Origin: Escherichia coli
Lineage (GTDB): Bacteria > Pseudomonadota > Gammaproteobacteria > Enterobacterales > Enterobacteriaceae
Length of the DNA stretch: 64,000 nucleotides
Direction: 5' to 3' (one strand)
NCBI GenBank assembly: GCA_005400705.1
Contig: GCA_005400705.1_4079.1
In this document: piece after piece, positions 24,884-33,050 of the stretch
Position numbering within the stretch: the stretch's first letter is position 1
Layout: every line of letters begins with the position of its first letter
The notes under the pieces: generated by a model
What the model saw: the letters and a program-made list of their open reading frames with translations, nothing else
What the model was told of the DNA's origin: nothing
Databases searched by the model: none
Translations under genes and position numbers: made by a program

Positions 24884-25126
24884 ATGATTACTTTAGAAAA
24901 ACGTATCAAAGAAACTACATCGCTGGTGGAACTGTTAACAGTACTGAAATGTAAAACAACACCATTCAGCACGCCGGACTTTATTAATATGGTTGATGTT
25001 AATGGTCGCTATCGCATCACGGTCGAACAAGGAGCGGCGAAAGTATTCAGTACTAAAAACACCAAGGAAGTGATCCACGCCGTTAATGTTAAAAAAGTAG
25101 TTGCCATTGATAGTAAAGTACTGTAA
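24884..25126 (+). CDS. Hypothetical protein
   Basis: 80 aa ORF. Confidence 0.6.
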   Translation: MITLEKRIKETTSLVELLTVLKCKTTPFSTPDFINMVDVNGRYRITVEQGAAKVFSTKNTKEVIHAVNVKKVVAIDSKVL

Positions 25127-25157
25127 TATAGTTTCATTAACTCAAGGAGAACATGCA

Positions 25158-25742
25158 ATGCGTAATTATACTAAATTCATCCGTACACTGTCAGAAATGG
25201 AAACCAACAAAGAGATCCTTTCAGCTTGTCGGTTAGCTGGCCTGGAGATCATCGGTGCTGGTTCTTCCCGTATAGTATTCGCTTTAAATGATCGGTTAGT
25301 GATTAAGGTCGCGAATTGTGATGCGGGTGTAGAACAAAATGAAACTGAATGTAAGGTATGGAATTTTTTAGACTATGACCGCCCTCAGTTGAAACAGTAC
25401 TTTGCAAAGGTGCATATGCATTTATGCGATCCTGATAATATGTTTATCGTTATGGATCGGTTGAGTACTGCAAGCAAAGGCAGTGTGAAGCACGTTAACG
25501 CGTGCAATGAATTAAAGTACAATATTAAACGTAATGCCATTGAACGCCAGCACCGCTTTGCTGATGCACTACAACACGTTGATGATACCTTATCAACACT
25601 AACTATAAGAGATATCAGAAAACAGAATATCGGCCAGGATCGCAACGGCTTGATTAAAGTACTTGATTACGGTTTAACCCGCAATATCTGGAATCAGTAC
25701 TATAAAAAGCGTGATGTAAAAGCCGTAACTATAACACGATAA
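25158..25742 (+). CDS. Putative minimal protein-kinase-like protein
   Basis: Track ORF trimmed to ATG 25158 after SD aaggaga; 194 aa with kinase-like motifs in canonical order: IGAGSSRIVF, VIKV, FIVMDRL, RDIRKQN, VLDYG. Confidence 0.45.
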   Translation: MRNYTKFIRTLSEMETNKEILSACRLAGLEIIGAGSSRIVFALNDRLVIKVANCDAGVEQNETECKVWNFLDYDRPQLKQYFAKVHMHLCDPDNMFIVMDRLSTASKGSVKHVNACNELKYNIKRNAIERQHRFADALQHVDDTLSTLTIRDIRKQNIGQDRNGLIKVLDYGLTRNIWNQYYKKRDVKAVTITR

Positions 25743-25760
25743 AAAAGATTAAAAAAGGGA

Positions 25761-25789
25761 TTGACTCCGGTCAGTCCCTTTGCTATTAT
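25761..25789 (+). promoter_or_regulatory. Promoter inside the repeated 100 bp element (copy 3)
   Basis: gggaTTGACTccggtcagtccctttgcTATTAT. Confidence 0.5.
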
Positions 25790-25872
25790 ATATGCATGAA
25801 AACAATCTAACCCACCGGGTGCATAAATGTATCTATTATATAAGTATTCAGTACTGAAAACTATTTTTAAAA

Positions 25873-25937
25873 AGTACTTGCATACTATCTCAATTCGCGT
25901 ATAATGTTTTATATCGAGAGGGGGAAATGGTTCTCCC
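25873..25937 (+). promoter_or_regulatory. PeSL-type cassette
   Basis: aaagtacTTGCATact, TATAAT 25900-25905, GC-rich hairpin agggggaa-atgg-ttctccct. Confidence 0.6.
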
Positions 25938-25959
25938 TGGTACATTAAGGAATAAAATC

Positions 25960-26367
25960 ATGACTACTACCAATCAAGCTCGGAACATCACCAACGATAA
26001 AAATCATGCTGCAATGGTCGCTGGATACATTGAAGCTATGCAATTCAGTACTGTATACAATGAGAACGGCGATTACCTGGAAGATTATGAATTATCAGAG
26101 CAAGCCCATCAAGCGGCAGTGATTGCATGTTCACGTTTCCTTGCTGTACATGGTGAAGATATGGAAACAGTACAAAAACACCATAATCCTGATTATACTT
26201 ATAATCATGCAGGTCATGATCTCTTTCTTACTCGCGAAGGTCACGGCACTGGCTTTTGGGATCGTGATATCGGTCACTATGACGATGTATTCACTAAGTA
26301 CTGCGAAGAAATCAACGTTTGCGATCCCTATGTAGGCGATGATAATCTAATCTATATGGGCGAATAA
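25960..26367 (+). CDS. Hypothetical protein (His/Asp-rich)
   Basis: Track ORF 25927-26367 trimmed to ATG 25960 (MTTTNQARN); 135 aa. Confidence 0.65.
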   Translation: MTTTNQARNITNDKNHAAMVAGYIEAMQFSTVYNENGDYLEDYELSEQAHQAAVIACSRFLAVHGEDMETVQKHHNPDYTYNHAGHDLFLTREGHGTGFWDRDIGHYDDVFTKYCEEINVCDPYVGDDNLIYMGE

Positions 26368-26369
26368 AA

Positions 26370-26432
26370 GTATTTGACAAAGTATATCAGTACTGTATAA
26401 TAGTTTACATCAAGGGGAGAATAGTTCTCCCC
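26370..26432 (+). promoter_or_regulatory. PeSL-type cassette (tattgacaaagta class)
   Basis: TATTTGACAAAGTAtatcAGTACTgTATAAT, hairpin ggggagaa-tag-ttctcccc. Confidence 0.6.
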
Positions 26433-26456
26433 ACACCAATAAAAGGAAACAAAATT

Positions 26457-26729
26457 ATGTCCAGCTACTCCGCTACTATGATCATTAAAGATATGAACGG
26501 TAATCCTACTTCTGCTGGTGGATCATTTGGAAATATTAACTTAGATGGGCGGTTATCCATGCAATCAGCCATTGATGCAGCGAAAGAAGTTTTTAAGAAT
26601 GAATGTACTGTAAGTAAGCTGGATTATATGGGATTCGCTATCGAGAAAACTAATCGTTTTGTGAACTACAAAAATCCACTGATGATCGATACTAACCTGA
26701 AAGCAAACGAAGTGGAATACTTATTATGA
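26457..26729 (+). CDS. Hypothetical protein
   Basis: 90 aa ORF after SD aaaggaaa. Confidence 0.65.
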   Translation: MSSYSATMIIKDMNGNPTSAGGSFGNINLDGRLSMQSAIDAAKEVFKNECTVSKLDYMGFAIEKTNRFVNYKNPLMIDTNLKANEVEYLL

Positions 26730-26917
26730 CAGTTGAAGAAGTTAAAAAAGTACTGGCAGTACTACGCTATCATAATCATTGTAAGGTGAAGAATGATCCT
26801 GATTATGTTGATTCATCCCTGGAGGAAGACACCTTAAACGCGATAAGCCATATGCAAACATTAGCAAAGCGTATGACCGAAAAGAATAGGCCGGACTATA
26901 TCGGAAATAAAATTTAA
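26726..26917 (+). CDS. Hypothetical protein
   Basis: 63 aa ORF; ATGA overlap with previous stop. Confidence 0.55.
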   Translation: MTVEEVKKVLAVLRYHNHCKVKNDPDYVDSSLEEDTLNAISHMQTLAKRMTEKNRPDYIGNKI

Positions 26918-26918
26918 A

Positions 26919-26986
26919 AAGTACTTGCATTGTAGTTAGATTAACGTATAATGTTTTATATCGAGAGGGGGAAATGGTTTCCCCTC
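26919..26986 (+). promoter_or_regulatory. PeSL-type cassette
   Basis: aaagtacTTGCATtgtag, TATAAT 26947-26952, hairpin gagggggaaa-tg-gtttcccctc. Confidence 0.6.
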
Positions 26987-27004
26987 AAGTCCAGGAGATA
27001 CACC

Positions 27005-27268
27005 ATGAACGCTATTGAAATCACTATCAATGCACACGTATACGACAACGTAGTACTGCAAACTACTATGACCGCTAACGATACCAGTACTTTGCGGAAT
27101 ACTGTTATTAGTGCTGTATGTGCCGCTATCGGTGATGTCGCCCTGGAAAATGCAAAACACGTAAACGATGGTTTCACTATGTGCAAACGTGATAACGCAA
27201 AACATATCATCGTAGAAGGTTACGGCGGTGTAGAATATAATGTTTATATGAAAAAAGTACTTGCATAG
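27005..27268 (+). CDS. Hypothetical protein
   Basis: Track ORF 26951-27268 trimmed to ATG 27005 (MNAIEITINA); 87 aa; 3' end overlaps next promoter. Confidence 0.65.
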   Translation: MNAIEITINAHVYDNVVLQTTMTANDTSTLRNTVISAVCAAIGDVALENAKHVNDGFTMCKRDNAKHIIVEGYGGVEYNVYMKKVLA

Positions 27269-27317
27269 TACTGAATAAAGCGTATAATGTTTTGCATAGG
27301 GGGAGATATCCTCCCCC
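27255..27317 (+). promoter_or_regulatory. PeSL-type cassette
   Basis: aaagtacTTGCATAGTACTGaataaagcgTATAAT, hairpin gggggag-atatc-ctccccc. Confidence 0.6.
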
Positions 27318-27335
27318 ACTAAAAGGAGTATTAAA

Positions 27336-27560
27336 ATGGCTAACTTTGATGAACTGATGCGGGAAGTAGCTAACCTGGCAGAAGAGAAGAAATCATTCGA
27401 TTCTATCTATAACACCGCTCACCGTGATTCAGTACTGGCATGTAACCAGGATCAAAAAGATGAACTAATCGCCACATATCATGAAGCATGGAAGTACTAC
27501 CGACAATGGGAGAAAGAAGAAAGCGAGTCTACCATCGAAGGTATCAATAATCTAATCTAA
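27336..27560 (+). CDS. Hypothetical acidic protein
   Basis: 74 aa ORF after SD aaaggag. Confidence 0.65.
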   Translation: MANFDELMREVANLAEEKKSFDSIYNTAHRDSVLACNQDQKDELIATYHEAWKYYRQWEKEESESTIEGINNLI

Positions 27561-27577
27561 AAGTTTTATTTCAGTAC

Positions 27578-27612
27578 TATTGACATAGCTTGATAGTACT
27601 GATATGATAACT
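27578..27612 (+). promoter_or_regulatory. Sigma70-like promoter (same class as 17385-17420)
   Basis: cAGTACTaTTGACAtagcttgatAGTACTgaTATGAT. Confidence 0.5.
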
Positions 27613-27635
27613 TTACTAACTAAAGGGGAAACATA

Positions 27636-27893
27636 ATGGAACAGTTCACACAATATCGGGTAAATCCAATTGCTACAGCCTACGTAGAAGACCATAAAAC
27701 GTTACCAGTACTGCAACCAGTTAAAGGCCGTATCTATCGTGGCCTTGCCTGGGATACGGCCCAGGATGGATATAAAACCGTCGCCGTGGGGATGTATTGC
27801 GGGAATGGTGAATGGTTTGATCCTAACAATCCGATTGCACTTGACAGTACTGAAAAAATGAAATGGTCCGACTACATCGAAGATATTTCATAA
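27636..27893 (+). CDS. Hypothetical protein
   Basis: 85 aa ORF after SD aagggga. Confidence 0.65.
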   Translation: MEQFTQYRVNPIATAYVEDHKTLPVLQPVKGRIYRGLAWDTAQDGYKTVAVGMYCGNGEWFDPNNPIALDSTEKMKWSDYIEDIS

Positions 27894-27897
27894 AAAC

Positions 27898-27962
27898 TAT
27901 TTGACAGTACTAACCAGTAATGTATAATGTTTTACATAGAGCGGGGGAATAGTTCTCCCGCC
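27898..27962 (+). promoter_or_regulatory. PeSL-type cassette
   Basis: TTGACAgtactaaccagtaatgTATAAT, hairpin gcggggga-atag-ttctcccgc. Confidence 0.6.
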
Positions 27963-27983
27963 AATAGTTTGGAGTAAAACATT

Positions 27984-28184
27984 ATGTCTATCGCTATCGC
28001 CCTGGTTGAAGTACTGAAAGAAGCTAAAGCCAACCTTATCGATGTACAGATTAAGGAATTGCAAAACGGCTTAATCGGCTGTACTTGTACCGCTGGTGGA
28101 GCGGCAGACTATCGAGAACACGAATCACTCGAATCACTGGTTCGGTATCTTACCATGATCGTTGATGATTGGAGAATCATCTAA
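27984..28184 (+). CDS. Hypothetical protein
   Basis: 66 aa ORF after SD ggag. Confidence 0.6.
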   Translation: MSIAIALVEVLKEAKANLIDVQIKELQNGLIGCTCTAGGAADYREHESLESLVRYLTMIVDDWRII

Positions 28185-28205
28185 CAAAAAAGAATAAAAA
28201 AGGGA

Positions 28206-28234
28206 TTGACTCAGGTCAGTCCCTTTGCTATTAT
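28206..28234 (+). promoter_or_regulatory. Promoter inside the repeated 100 bp element (copy 4)
   Basis: gggaTTGACTcaggtcagtccctttgcTATTAT. Confidence 0.5.
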
Positions 28235-28343
28235 ATACGCATAGACAAAAACTAGCCCACAGGGTGCATAAGTGTATCCAAAATATATAGTTAATAACGG
28301 TGAGTAACTATCTGCTGGTGGAGTGAAAACTATTAATAAAAAA

Positions 28344-28378
28344 AGTATTGACAAAGTATATCAGTACTGCGATAATGT
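28344..28378 (+). promoter_or_regulatory. Sigma70-like promoter (tattgacaaagta class)
   Basis: gTATTGACAAAGTAtatcAGTACTgcGATAAT. Confidence 0.5.
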
Positions 28379-28429
28379 ATCTCGTAGGGCGGCAATGGTG
28401 CGACGGCCCACAAAGTTAGGAGATTCAAA

Positions 28430-28762
28430 ATGACTACTTCAATCGCTATCGTTAAAGCTTTCATCCGTACTAATGTTTCCTCTGTATTCATCGACGGCCT
28501 CGACCGTAACGTAGAATACTCAATCATTATCGCACAAACGGCAAACGGTTCTCGGTACATCCTGAATGATAGTGAAGCAAATCACTACTACTTCACTAAA
28601 GCCACTGGCTTTAAACGCATCGATGCTGATGTAGTATACGCTAAGATGAATAAGCTGGTAGACAAGATTAACGCGAAAGGTACTATCGATTTACAGTACT
28701 GGACCGAAACCGATCCAGAATATGGATCACACCGCTACCTGAATCCAGGTATCAAAATGTAA
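28430..28762 (+). CDS. Hypothetical protein
   Basis: 110 aa ORF after SD aggag. Confidence 0.65.
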   Translation: MTTSIAIVKAFIRTNVSSVFIDGLDRNVEYSIIIAQTANGSRYILNDSEANHYYFTKATGFKRIDADVVYAKMNKLVDKINAKGTIDLQYWTETDPEYGSHRYLNPGIKM

Positions 28763-28763
28763 A

Positions 28764-28831
28764 AAGTACTTGCATAGTACTTAGATTCATGTATAATGTT
28801 TTACATAGAGAGGGGGAAATGGTTCTCCCTC
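28764..28831 (+). promoter_or_regulatory. PeSL-type cassette
   Basis: aaaagtacTTGCATAGTACTtagattcatgTATAAT, hairpin gagggggaa-atgg-ttctccctc. Confidence 0.6.
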
Positions 28832-28851
28832 CTAAATTAAGGAGTTTTATC

Positions 28852-29253
28852 ATGACCTTCTCAATCACTTCCTTCGCTGACGTTTTAGTACTGGCTCGGA
28901 CTTTTGGTAAAGATGCACTGGAGTACGCTGTAAGTAATGGCACTATCCAACCGGAACAGTGCCGCATCATTGGAAACTGCAAACGTTGGGCGGTATCCAA
29001 TACTATTGCACTGGAAAACTTCAACGATGGCAACAATGAATATTCTGTTGATGCAGTATTCGAAGCCGTAGACCTGGGCGGTATCTATAACACTAACCTG
29101 AATGATGTGCGTATCGTTCGCACTGGCTTCGGTGCTTATGATGTATCTATCCGTGAAGCTATGGACAAGGGATACATTAGCAAGGACCAGTTAGCTTACA
29201 TCATGCAGCAAACTAAGGAGCGTAACGAAGCCCGTACTATCTTAGGGTTGTAA
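28852..29253 (+). CDS. Hypothetical protein
   Basis: Track ORF 28789-29253 trimmed to ATG 28852 (MTFSITSF); 133 aa. Confidence 0.65.
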   Translation: MTFSITSFADVLVLARTFGKDALEYAVSNGTIQPEQCRIIGNCKRWAVSNTIALENFNDGNNEYSVDAVFEAVDLGGIYNTNLNDVRIVRTGFGAYDVSIREAMDKGYISKDQLAYIMQQTKERNEARTILGL

Positions 29254-29277
29254 GCGTTACACATCACCAAACATCAT

Positions 29278-29297
29278 AGGCCGCCTTGTAGCGGCCT
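29278..29297 (+). terminator. Hairpin, possible weak terminator
   Basis: aggccgc-cttgta-gcggcct; no clear T-run. Confidence 0.3.
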
Positions 29298-29321
29298 TAA
29301 CTATATCAGGAGTACATACAC

Positions 29322-29531
29322 ATGATCTATACAGTATATAGCGTTCTAGGTACTATTGCAGGCGTACACGATAACGTCGATAGTGCTATGCGTACAGTAC
29401 TGCAACAGGTTCCACTAAAGCCTAAGACCATTAAGCAGATGACAGCACGACTAACCAGGGCGACGGCTGGCGTGGAAGTATGGCAGGACTATGGGGATAC
29501 ACAGATAATCGTAAGCGTAACGAAGGATTAA
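29322..29531 (+). CDS. Hypothetical protein
   Basis: 69 aa ORF after SD caggag. Confidence 0.6.
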   Translation: MIYTVYSVLGTIAGVHDNVDSAMRTVLQQVPLKPKTIKQMTARLTRATAGVEVWQDYGDTQIIVSVTKD

Positions 29532-29566
29532 TGCGTAAAAGGATTTAGTACTGATTCAGAAAAAAG

Positions 29567-29628
29567 TCAAGGCGTTTTTAAAATTATGCGTTAAAAAAAT
29601 GCATAGGTAATCCCTTGACTTTTTTGAA
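29567..29628. other. 14 bp inverted repeat flanking a 30 nt loop
   Basis: gaaaaaagtcaagg ... ccttgacttttttg. Confidence 0.4.
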
Positions 29629-29722
29629 ATAAAAGGGATTGGACTATGGCAAAATGCGTAGGGGGGCTAAAGTGCGGGTAACTTAGCGACTTCGATAAAA
29701 GGGTATTACGAATAAAATGTTA

Positions 29723-29750
29723 TTGACTTTTTATATAAATCGTATAAAAT
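29723..29750 (+). promoter_or_regulatory. Candidate promoter at head of family B array
   Basis: TTGACT 29723-29728 then tataaaat; spacer 14-16 nt depending on which -10 hexamer is used. Confidence 0.35.
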
Positions 29751-29780
29751 ATGATTGATAATAATTTTAAGGGAGTCCCT

Positions 29781-29978
29781 GTGCGTATTTTAACTCAAGC
29801 AGAACACCACGAAAGACTTATCAATAACATGGCTATGATAATGTATAAGTCCCATGAACGTGGTATTGCCTATAAGCGTGAATTAGTACTGGAACTATTC
29901 ATTGGAACTAACTTTCAGGAAAGGTATGTCAACGATTGGATTTGGTATTTAATTGAAGATATAACGAGTAAACTATGA
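29781..29978 (+). CDS. Family B small protein
   Basis: Track ORF 29751-29978; start moved to GTG 29781 after SD aagggag because ATG 29751 abuts the -10; core IGTNFQERYV. Confidence 0.5.
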   Translation: MRILTQAEHHERLINNMAMIMYKSHERGIAYKRELVLELFIGTNFQERYVNDWIWYLIEDITSKL

Positions 29979-30169
29979 TAATTTTAACTAAAAAAGAATA
30001 TCAAGAACTGTTACGTAAAAACTACGTAAAGATTTACAATACAGACACACACGTAGAACGAATGGAGTTATACCTTTTGATTACATTGGGAACTAACTAT
30101 CAGGAAAGATGGGTGATTCAATATATGGATACATTGAAAAATAAAATATTGTCCACGAGGAAACAATGA
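29975..30169 (+). CDS. Family B small protein
   Basis: 64 aa; core LGTNYQERWV. Confidence 0.65.
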   Translation: MIILTKKEYQELLRKNYVKIYNTDTHVERMELYLLITLGTNYQERWVIQYMDTLKNKILSTRKQ

Positions 30170-30375
30170 AAATCATAACACACAGACAAGCATTGGGTCG
30201 TATGGTGAAGTATCTTGAATTGATGGTGTCTATACCAAAGAGCTTACCAAAAACTGAAAGAGCGATACATTCAGCAGAGTATCGTCTGTTAGCAGTACTG
30301 AATACTAACTACCAAGATGAATATGTTGACGATTGGATTCTATCATTAATAGAAGATATAAAGAGTAAACTATGA
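30166..30375 (+). CDS. Family B small protein
   Basis: 69 aa; core LNTNYQDEYV. Confidence 0.65.
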   Translation: MKIITHRQALGRMVKYLELMVSIPKSLPKTERAIHSAEYRLLAVLNTNYQDEYVDDWILSLIEDIKSKL

Positions 30376-30584
30376 TTTTTTTAACACCAGAAGAATATAA
30401 GATACGTTTTGTTTCTGTCCAGAATAAAATCTTAATTATATACAATTCAAATGCAGACCTTAACTTATCAAGGGTATTAGAAAAAGATTTACTTATGGGT
30501 GCATTTTTGGATACAGACTTTCAGGAGTATTATGTAGGGGAATACTTAATTGCACTCAAGAATTATATTAAGAGTAAACTATGA
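30372..30584 (+). CDS. Family B small protein
   Basis: 70 aa; core LDTDFQEYYV. Confidence 0.65.
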   Translation: MIFLTPEEYKIRFVSVQNKILIIYNSNADLNLSRVLEKDLLMGAFLDTDFQEYYVGEYLIALKNYIKSKL

Positions 30585-30796
30585 ATATCATTGCAAACTC
30601 AAATCAATATACCGAACGCGTCGCTGCAAGACAACTTGAAATTCTCATAGTATACGAAGAGACTTCTGATTTAAACTTAGCCGAGGTATTGGAAAATGAT
30701 ATACTATTGGGTGCATTCCTCGGCACAGACTATCAGGAGCACTTCTTGAATGAGTATATAATTGCACTCCAGAAATACATTAAGAGCAAACTATGA
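30581..30796 (+). CDS. Family B small protein
   Basis: 71 aa; core LGTDYQEHFL. Confidence 0.65.
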   Translation: MNIIANSNQYTERVAARQLEILIVYEETSDLNLAEVLENDILLGAFLGTDYQEHFLNEYIIALQKYIKSKL

Positions 30797-31029
30797 AACA
30801 TTTAAGTAATTCCGAGAAGAATAAAATTATCGTTGCTGCAATAAACAAATATTTTACACTTCCTCACACAGAAGGTTTATGTGTAAGAGAACACAGGATA
30901 AACACCACCGATATACGCATGATGGCTGTACTGGGGACTAACTTTCAGAAGGAGTATGTTGATGCACACATTACCGCACTGATGAACTTTATAATGGGAA
31001 AGGTAAATGAAACACTTAACACTAGATGA
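30793..31029 (+). CDS. Family B small protein
   Basis: 78 aa; core LGTNFQKEYV. Confidence 0.65.
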   Translation: MKHLSNSEKNKIIVAAINKYFTLPHTEGLCVREHRINTTDIRMMAVLGTNFQKEYVDAHITALMNFIMGKVNETLNTR

Positions 31030-31264
31030 ATATGAAACTATAGTCCGTAAACTAACCCCTATAGCAAGGATAGTCTACGATGACCCCAGCCTTACATGGA
31101 ACCAAATGCGAGCTAAAGTTAATGAGCTATGGTTGCTGTACTTTATGGGAACGCAATATCAAGATAAGTTTTGCACAGAATATGTCGAACAATTAATGAA
31201 TGTTATACAGGATAAACTAGATGATTATTGGCTCGCAAAACATGAAGACTTTATCAGGAGTTGA
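31007..31264 (+). CDS. Family B small protein
   Basis: 85 aa; core MGTQYQDKFC. Confidence 0.6.
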   Translation: MKHLTLDEYETIVRKLTPIARIVYDDPSLTWNQMRAKVNELWLLYFMGTQYQDKFCTEYVEQLMNVIQDKLDDYWLAKHEDFIRS

Positions 31265-31493
31265 GTATCAAACTGCCCTATTCTCTTTAATCCATACCCT
31301 TAGAAAAAACAATGCCTTACATGGTGCACCTGAAGTGGATGTTATCAACGGTGAACTTTATCTGATGAAATTCATTGGAACAAACTATCAAGATCTGTTC
31401 ATTCAACGATACCTATCAGCATTAAGAAACCAAATCCAATATAAAACCATCAAGGCCAAAAAAGAATGGAATAAACAATGCGACACAGACTAA
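31221..31493 (+). CDS. Family B small protein (start uncertain, 31221 or 31242)
   Basis: core IGTNYQDLFI. Confidence 0.55.
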   Translation: MIIGSQNMKTLSGVEYQTALFSLIHTLRKNNALHGAPEVDVINGELYLMKFIGTNYQDLFIQRYLSALRNQIQYKTIKAKKEWNKQCDTD

Positions 31494-31729
31494 ATCACAA
31501 AATGTATTGTAAACTATTGCAGACACTGGCACAGAAACACTATGACACGGTATCTGAAATATTACCCTATGATATCATGCGTTTACTTCACTGTGAGGCC
31601 GAGATGCTTGTACTGATGACAGGCACAGATAAAAAAGCAATTGCCAAATCAATAGATATGTTCATCGAAGCACAATGTCAACACATTAGAACCGAGATAT
31701 GGAGGCGAGAGAATGATAACCCTAAATGA
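31478..31729 (+). CDS. Family B-like small protein (degenerate core)
   Basis: 83 aa; core TGTDKKAIAK. Confidence 0.5.
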   Translation: MRHRLNHKMYCKLLQTLAQKHYDTVSEILPYDIMRLLHCEAEMLVLMTGTDKKAIAKSIDMFIEAQCQHIRTEIWRRENDNPK

Positions 31730-31928
31730 GTATCAGTATCATTGGAGGTTACAAGCTATAAGAAGGAAAGTTGTTAGTATTTCTTTAGACAAGTCTATTG
31801 CACAAGAGGACAAATGTGTTATAATAGCTGAAATGAAGTTGGGTGTTTTCGTAGGGACAAACTATCAAAACATCTACACTGACGTATTGTTAAGTGTCTT
31901 ACGTAACAAGGTGATATCAAAAGAATGA
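31713..31928 (+). CDS. Family B small protein
   Basis: 71 aa; core VGTNYQNIYT. Confidence 0.65.
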   Translation: MITLNEYQYHWRLQAIRRKVVSISLDKSIAQEDKCVIIAEMKLGVFVGTNYQNIYTDVLLSVLRNKVISKE

Positions 31929-32143
31929 GAAAATTACAAGGCTTTGAATACATCAGGCTCCTGAAAACATGTGGCAGCAGAAGGAGAATGATATCAAGCG
32001 ATAAGAGCATCTCTATTGACCTGAAGCACGCAATGAAAGCTGAACTCTATGTAGGAGCACTATTGGGGACAAACTATCAACAAATGTATGTAGACCTATG
32101 GATTGATGCATTAGTCAAGGAGGTCCAAAGTAAATGCAAATGA
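31925..32143 (+). CDS. Family B small protein
   Basis: 72 aa; core LGTNYQQMYV. Confidence 0.65.
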   Translation: MRKLQGFEYIRLLKTCGSRRRMISSDKSISIDLKHAMKAELYVGALLGTNYQQMYVDLWIDALVKEVQSKCK

Positions 32144-32352
32144 TTAATTTAAGTAAAGATGAATTTTATGTTCTACTGGCGAAAACTTATTCATTACGCA
32201 AGGCCGTTTATGATAGTCACATTATTGAACCAACAAAGAAGTTGATTTTAGTATCTGAGATAAAGATGCTTTCAGTCTTAGGAACAAACTACCAAGAGAA
32301 TGCTGTACTGTTGTTAATTGATGCCCTCAAGAGAGAGATACAAAGTAAATGA
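32134..32352 (+). CDS. Family B small protein
   Basis: 72 aa; core LGTNYQENAV. Confidence 0.65.
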   Translation: MQMINLSKDEFYVLLAKTYSLRKAVYDSHIIEPTKKLILVSEIKMLSVLGTNYQENAVLLLIDALKREIQSK

Positions 32353-32588
32353 TTCATTTATCTTACCATGATTATCAAAAACGTTTAAATGCATCAAGGG
32401 ATATAAGAATTCAAATCTTCAATAACAAAAAATTGAAACCTGACACCAGAAGAATCAAAATAATCGAAGCAGAGTTATGCAACTTCCTGGGGACGAACTA
32501 TCAGGCAGGTAAGGTAAAAAACTATCTTAGAGAACTCATGAATTGTATCGAAAATAAATGCGATGCTTTGGAGGATAAAAATGATTAA
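32349..32588 (+). CDS. Family B small protein
   Basis: 79 aa; core LGTNYQAGKV. Confidence 0.65.
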   Translation: MIHLSYHDYQKRLNASRDIRIQIFNNKKLKPDTRRIKIIEAELCNFLGTNYQAGKVKNYLRELMNCIENKCDALEDKND

Positions 32589-32838
32589 TTTAAATTCTGA
32601 TGAATATCATGAACGCATGGCTAAAATCTCAACTAAACGAAATGAAATCTATCACAACCCAGAAATTCAACACAGTAAGAAAATGATTATGATGCGTGAG
32701 TTAAAGTTGGGTGTATTCTTAGGAACAAACTATCAAGAACCAGAGGTCCAACGCGTATTAAATGAATTACTAATGGAAATCAGAGGTAAGCTTTACTTTC
32801 ATCAAATGACCCAACCACTGAGGTGTACTGTGAAATGA
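32581..32838 (+). CDS. Family B small protein
   Basis: Track ORF trimmed to ATG 32581 after SD ggagga; core LGTNYQEPEV. Confidence 0.65.
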   Translation: MINLNSDEYHERMAKISTKRNEIYHNPEIQHSKKMIMMRELKLGVFLGTNYQEPEVQRVLNELLMEIRGKLYFHQMTQPLRCTVK

Positions 32839-33050
32839 TCAACATCACATTACAAGAAAGATTCATCCGAATCAACTATGCAATTTCCAAATTAGATGCT
32901 ACAATAGGATTTCAAAGTCTACCGTTCAAAACCAGAATGATATTAGAGTGCGAAGCCAGGTTAGGTGTACTGTTAGGGACGCAACACCAACAACGATATG
33001 TGGAAATCTGGATTGATCTTTTAACCCAAAATGCACATGAGAGAATGTAA
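32835..33050 (+). CDS. Family B small protein
   Basis: Track start 32823 is GTG; ATG 32835 overlaps previous stop; core LGTQHQQRYV. Confidence 0.6.
   Translation: MINITLQERFIRINYAISKLDATIGFQSLPFKTRMILECEARLGVLLGTQHQQRYVEIWIDLLTQNAHERM

Noticed and set aside
27841-27866. Promoter-like ttgacagtactgaaaaaatgaaatgg
   Set aside because: It lies inside CDS 27636-27893 and has no -10 hexamer at correct spacing.
11369-28852. ORF-track 5' extensions beginning MFYIE..., MVLPG..., MILPN... and similar that run through the promoter and hairpin
   Set aside because: These N-terminal extensions translate the conserved promoter and stem-loop; the real start is the first ATG after the hairpin with an SD, so starts were moved downstream.
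10699-29036. Minus-strand ORFs of 60-100 aa overlapping plus-strand genes or promoter cassettes (for example 10699-10998, 11553-11861, 12176-12427, 14307-14641, 16342-16629, 24343-24594, 26936-27319, 28752-29036)
   Set aside because: They overlap well-supported plus-strand genes or repeats, lack SD sequences, and several are translations of the conserved cassette on the opposite strand.
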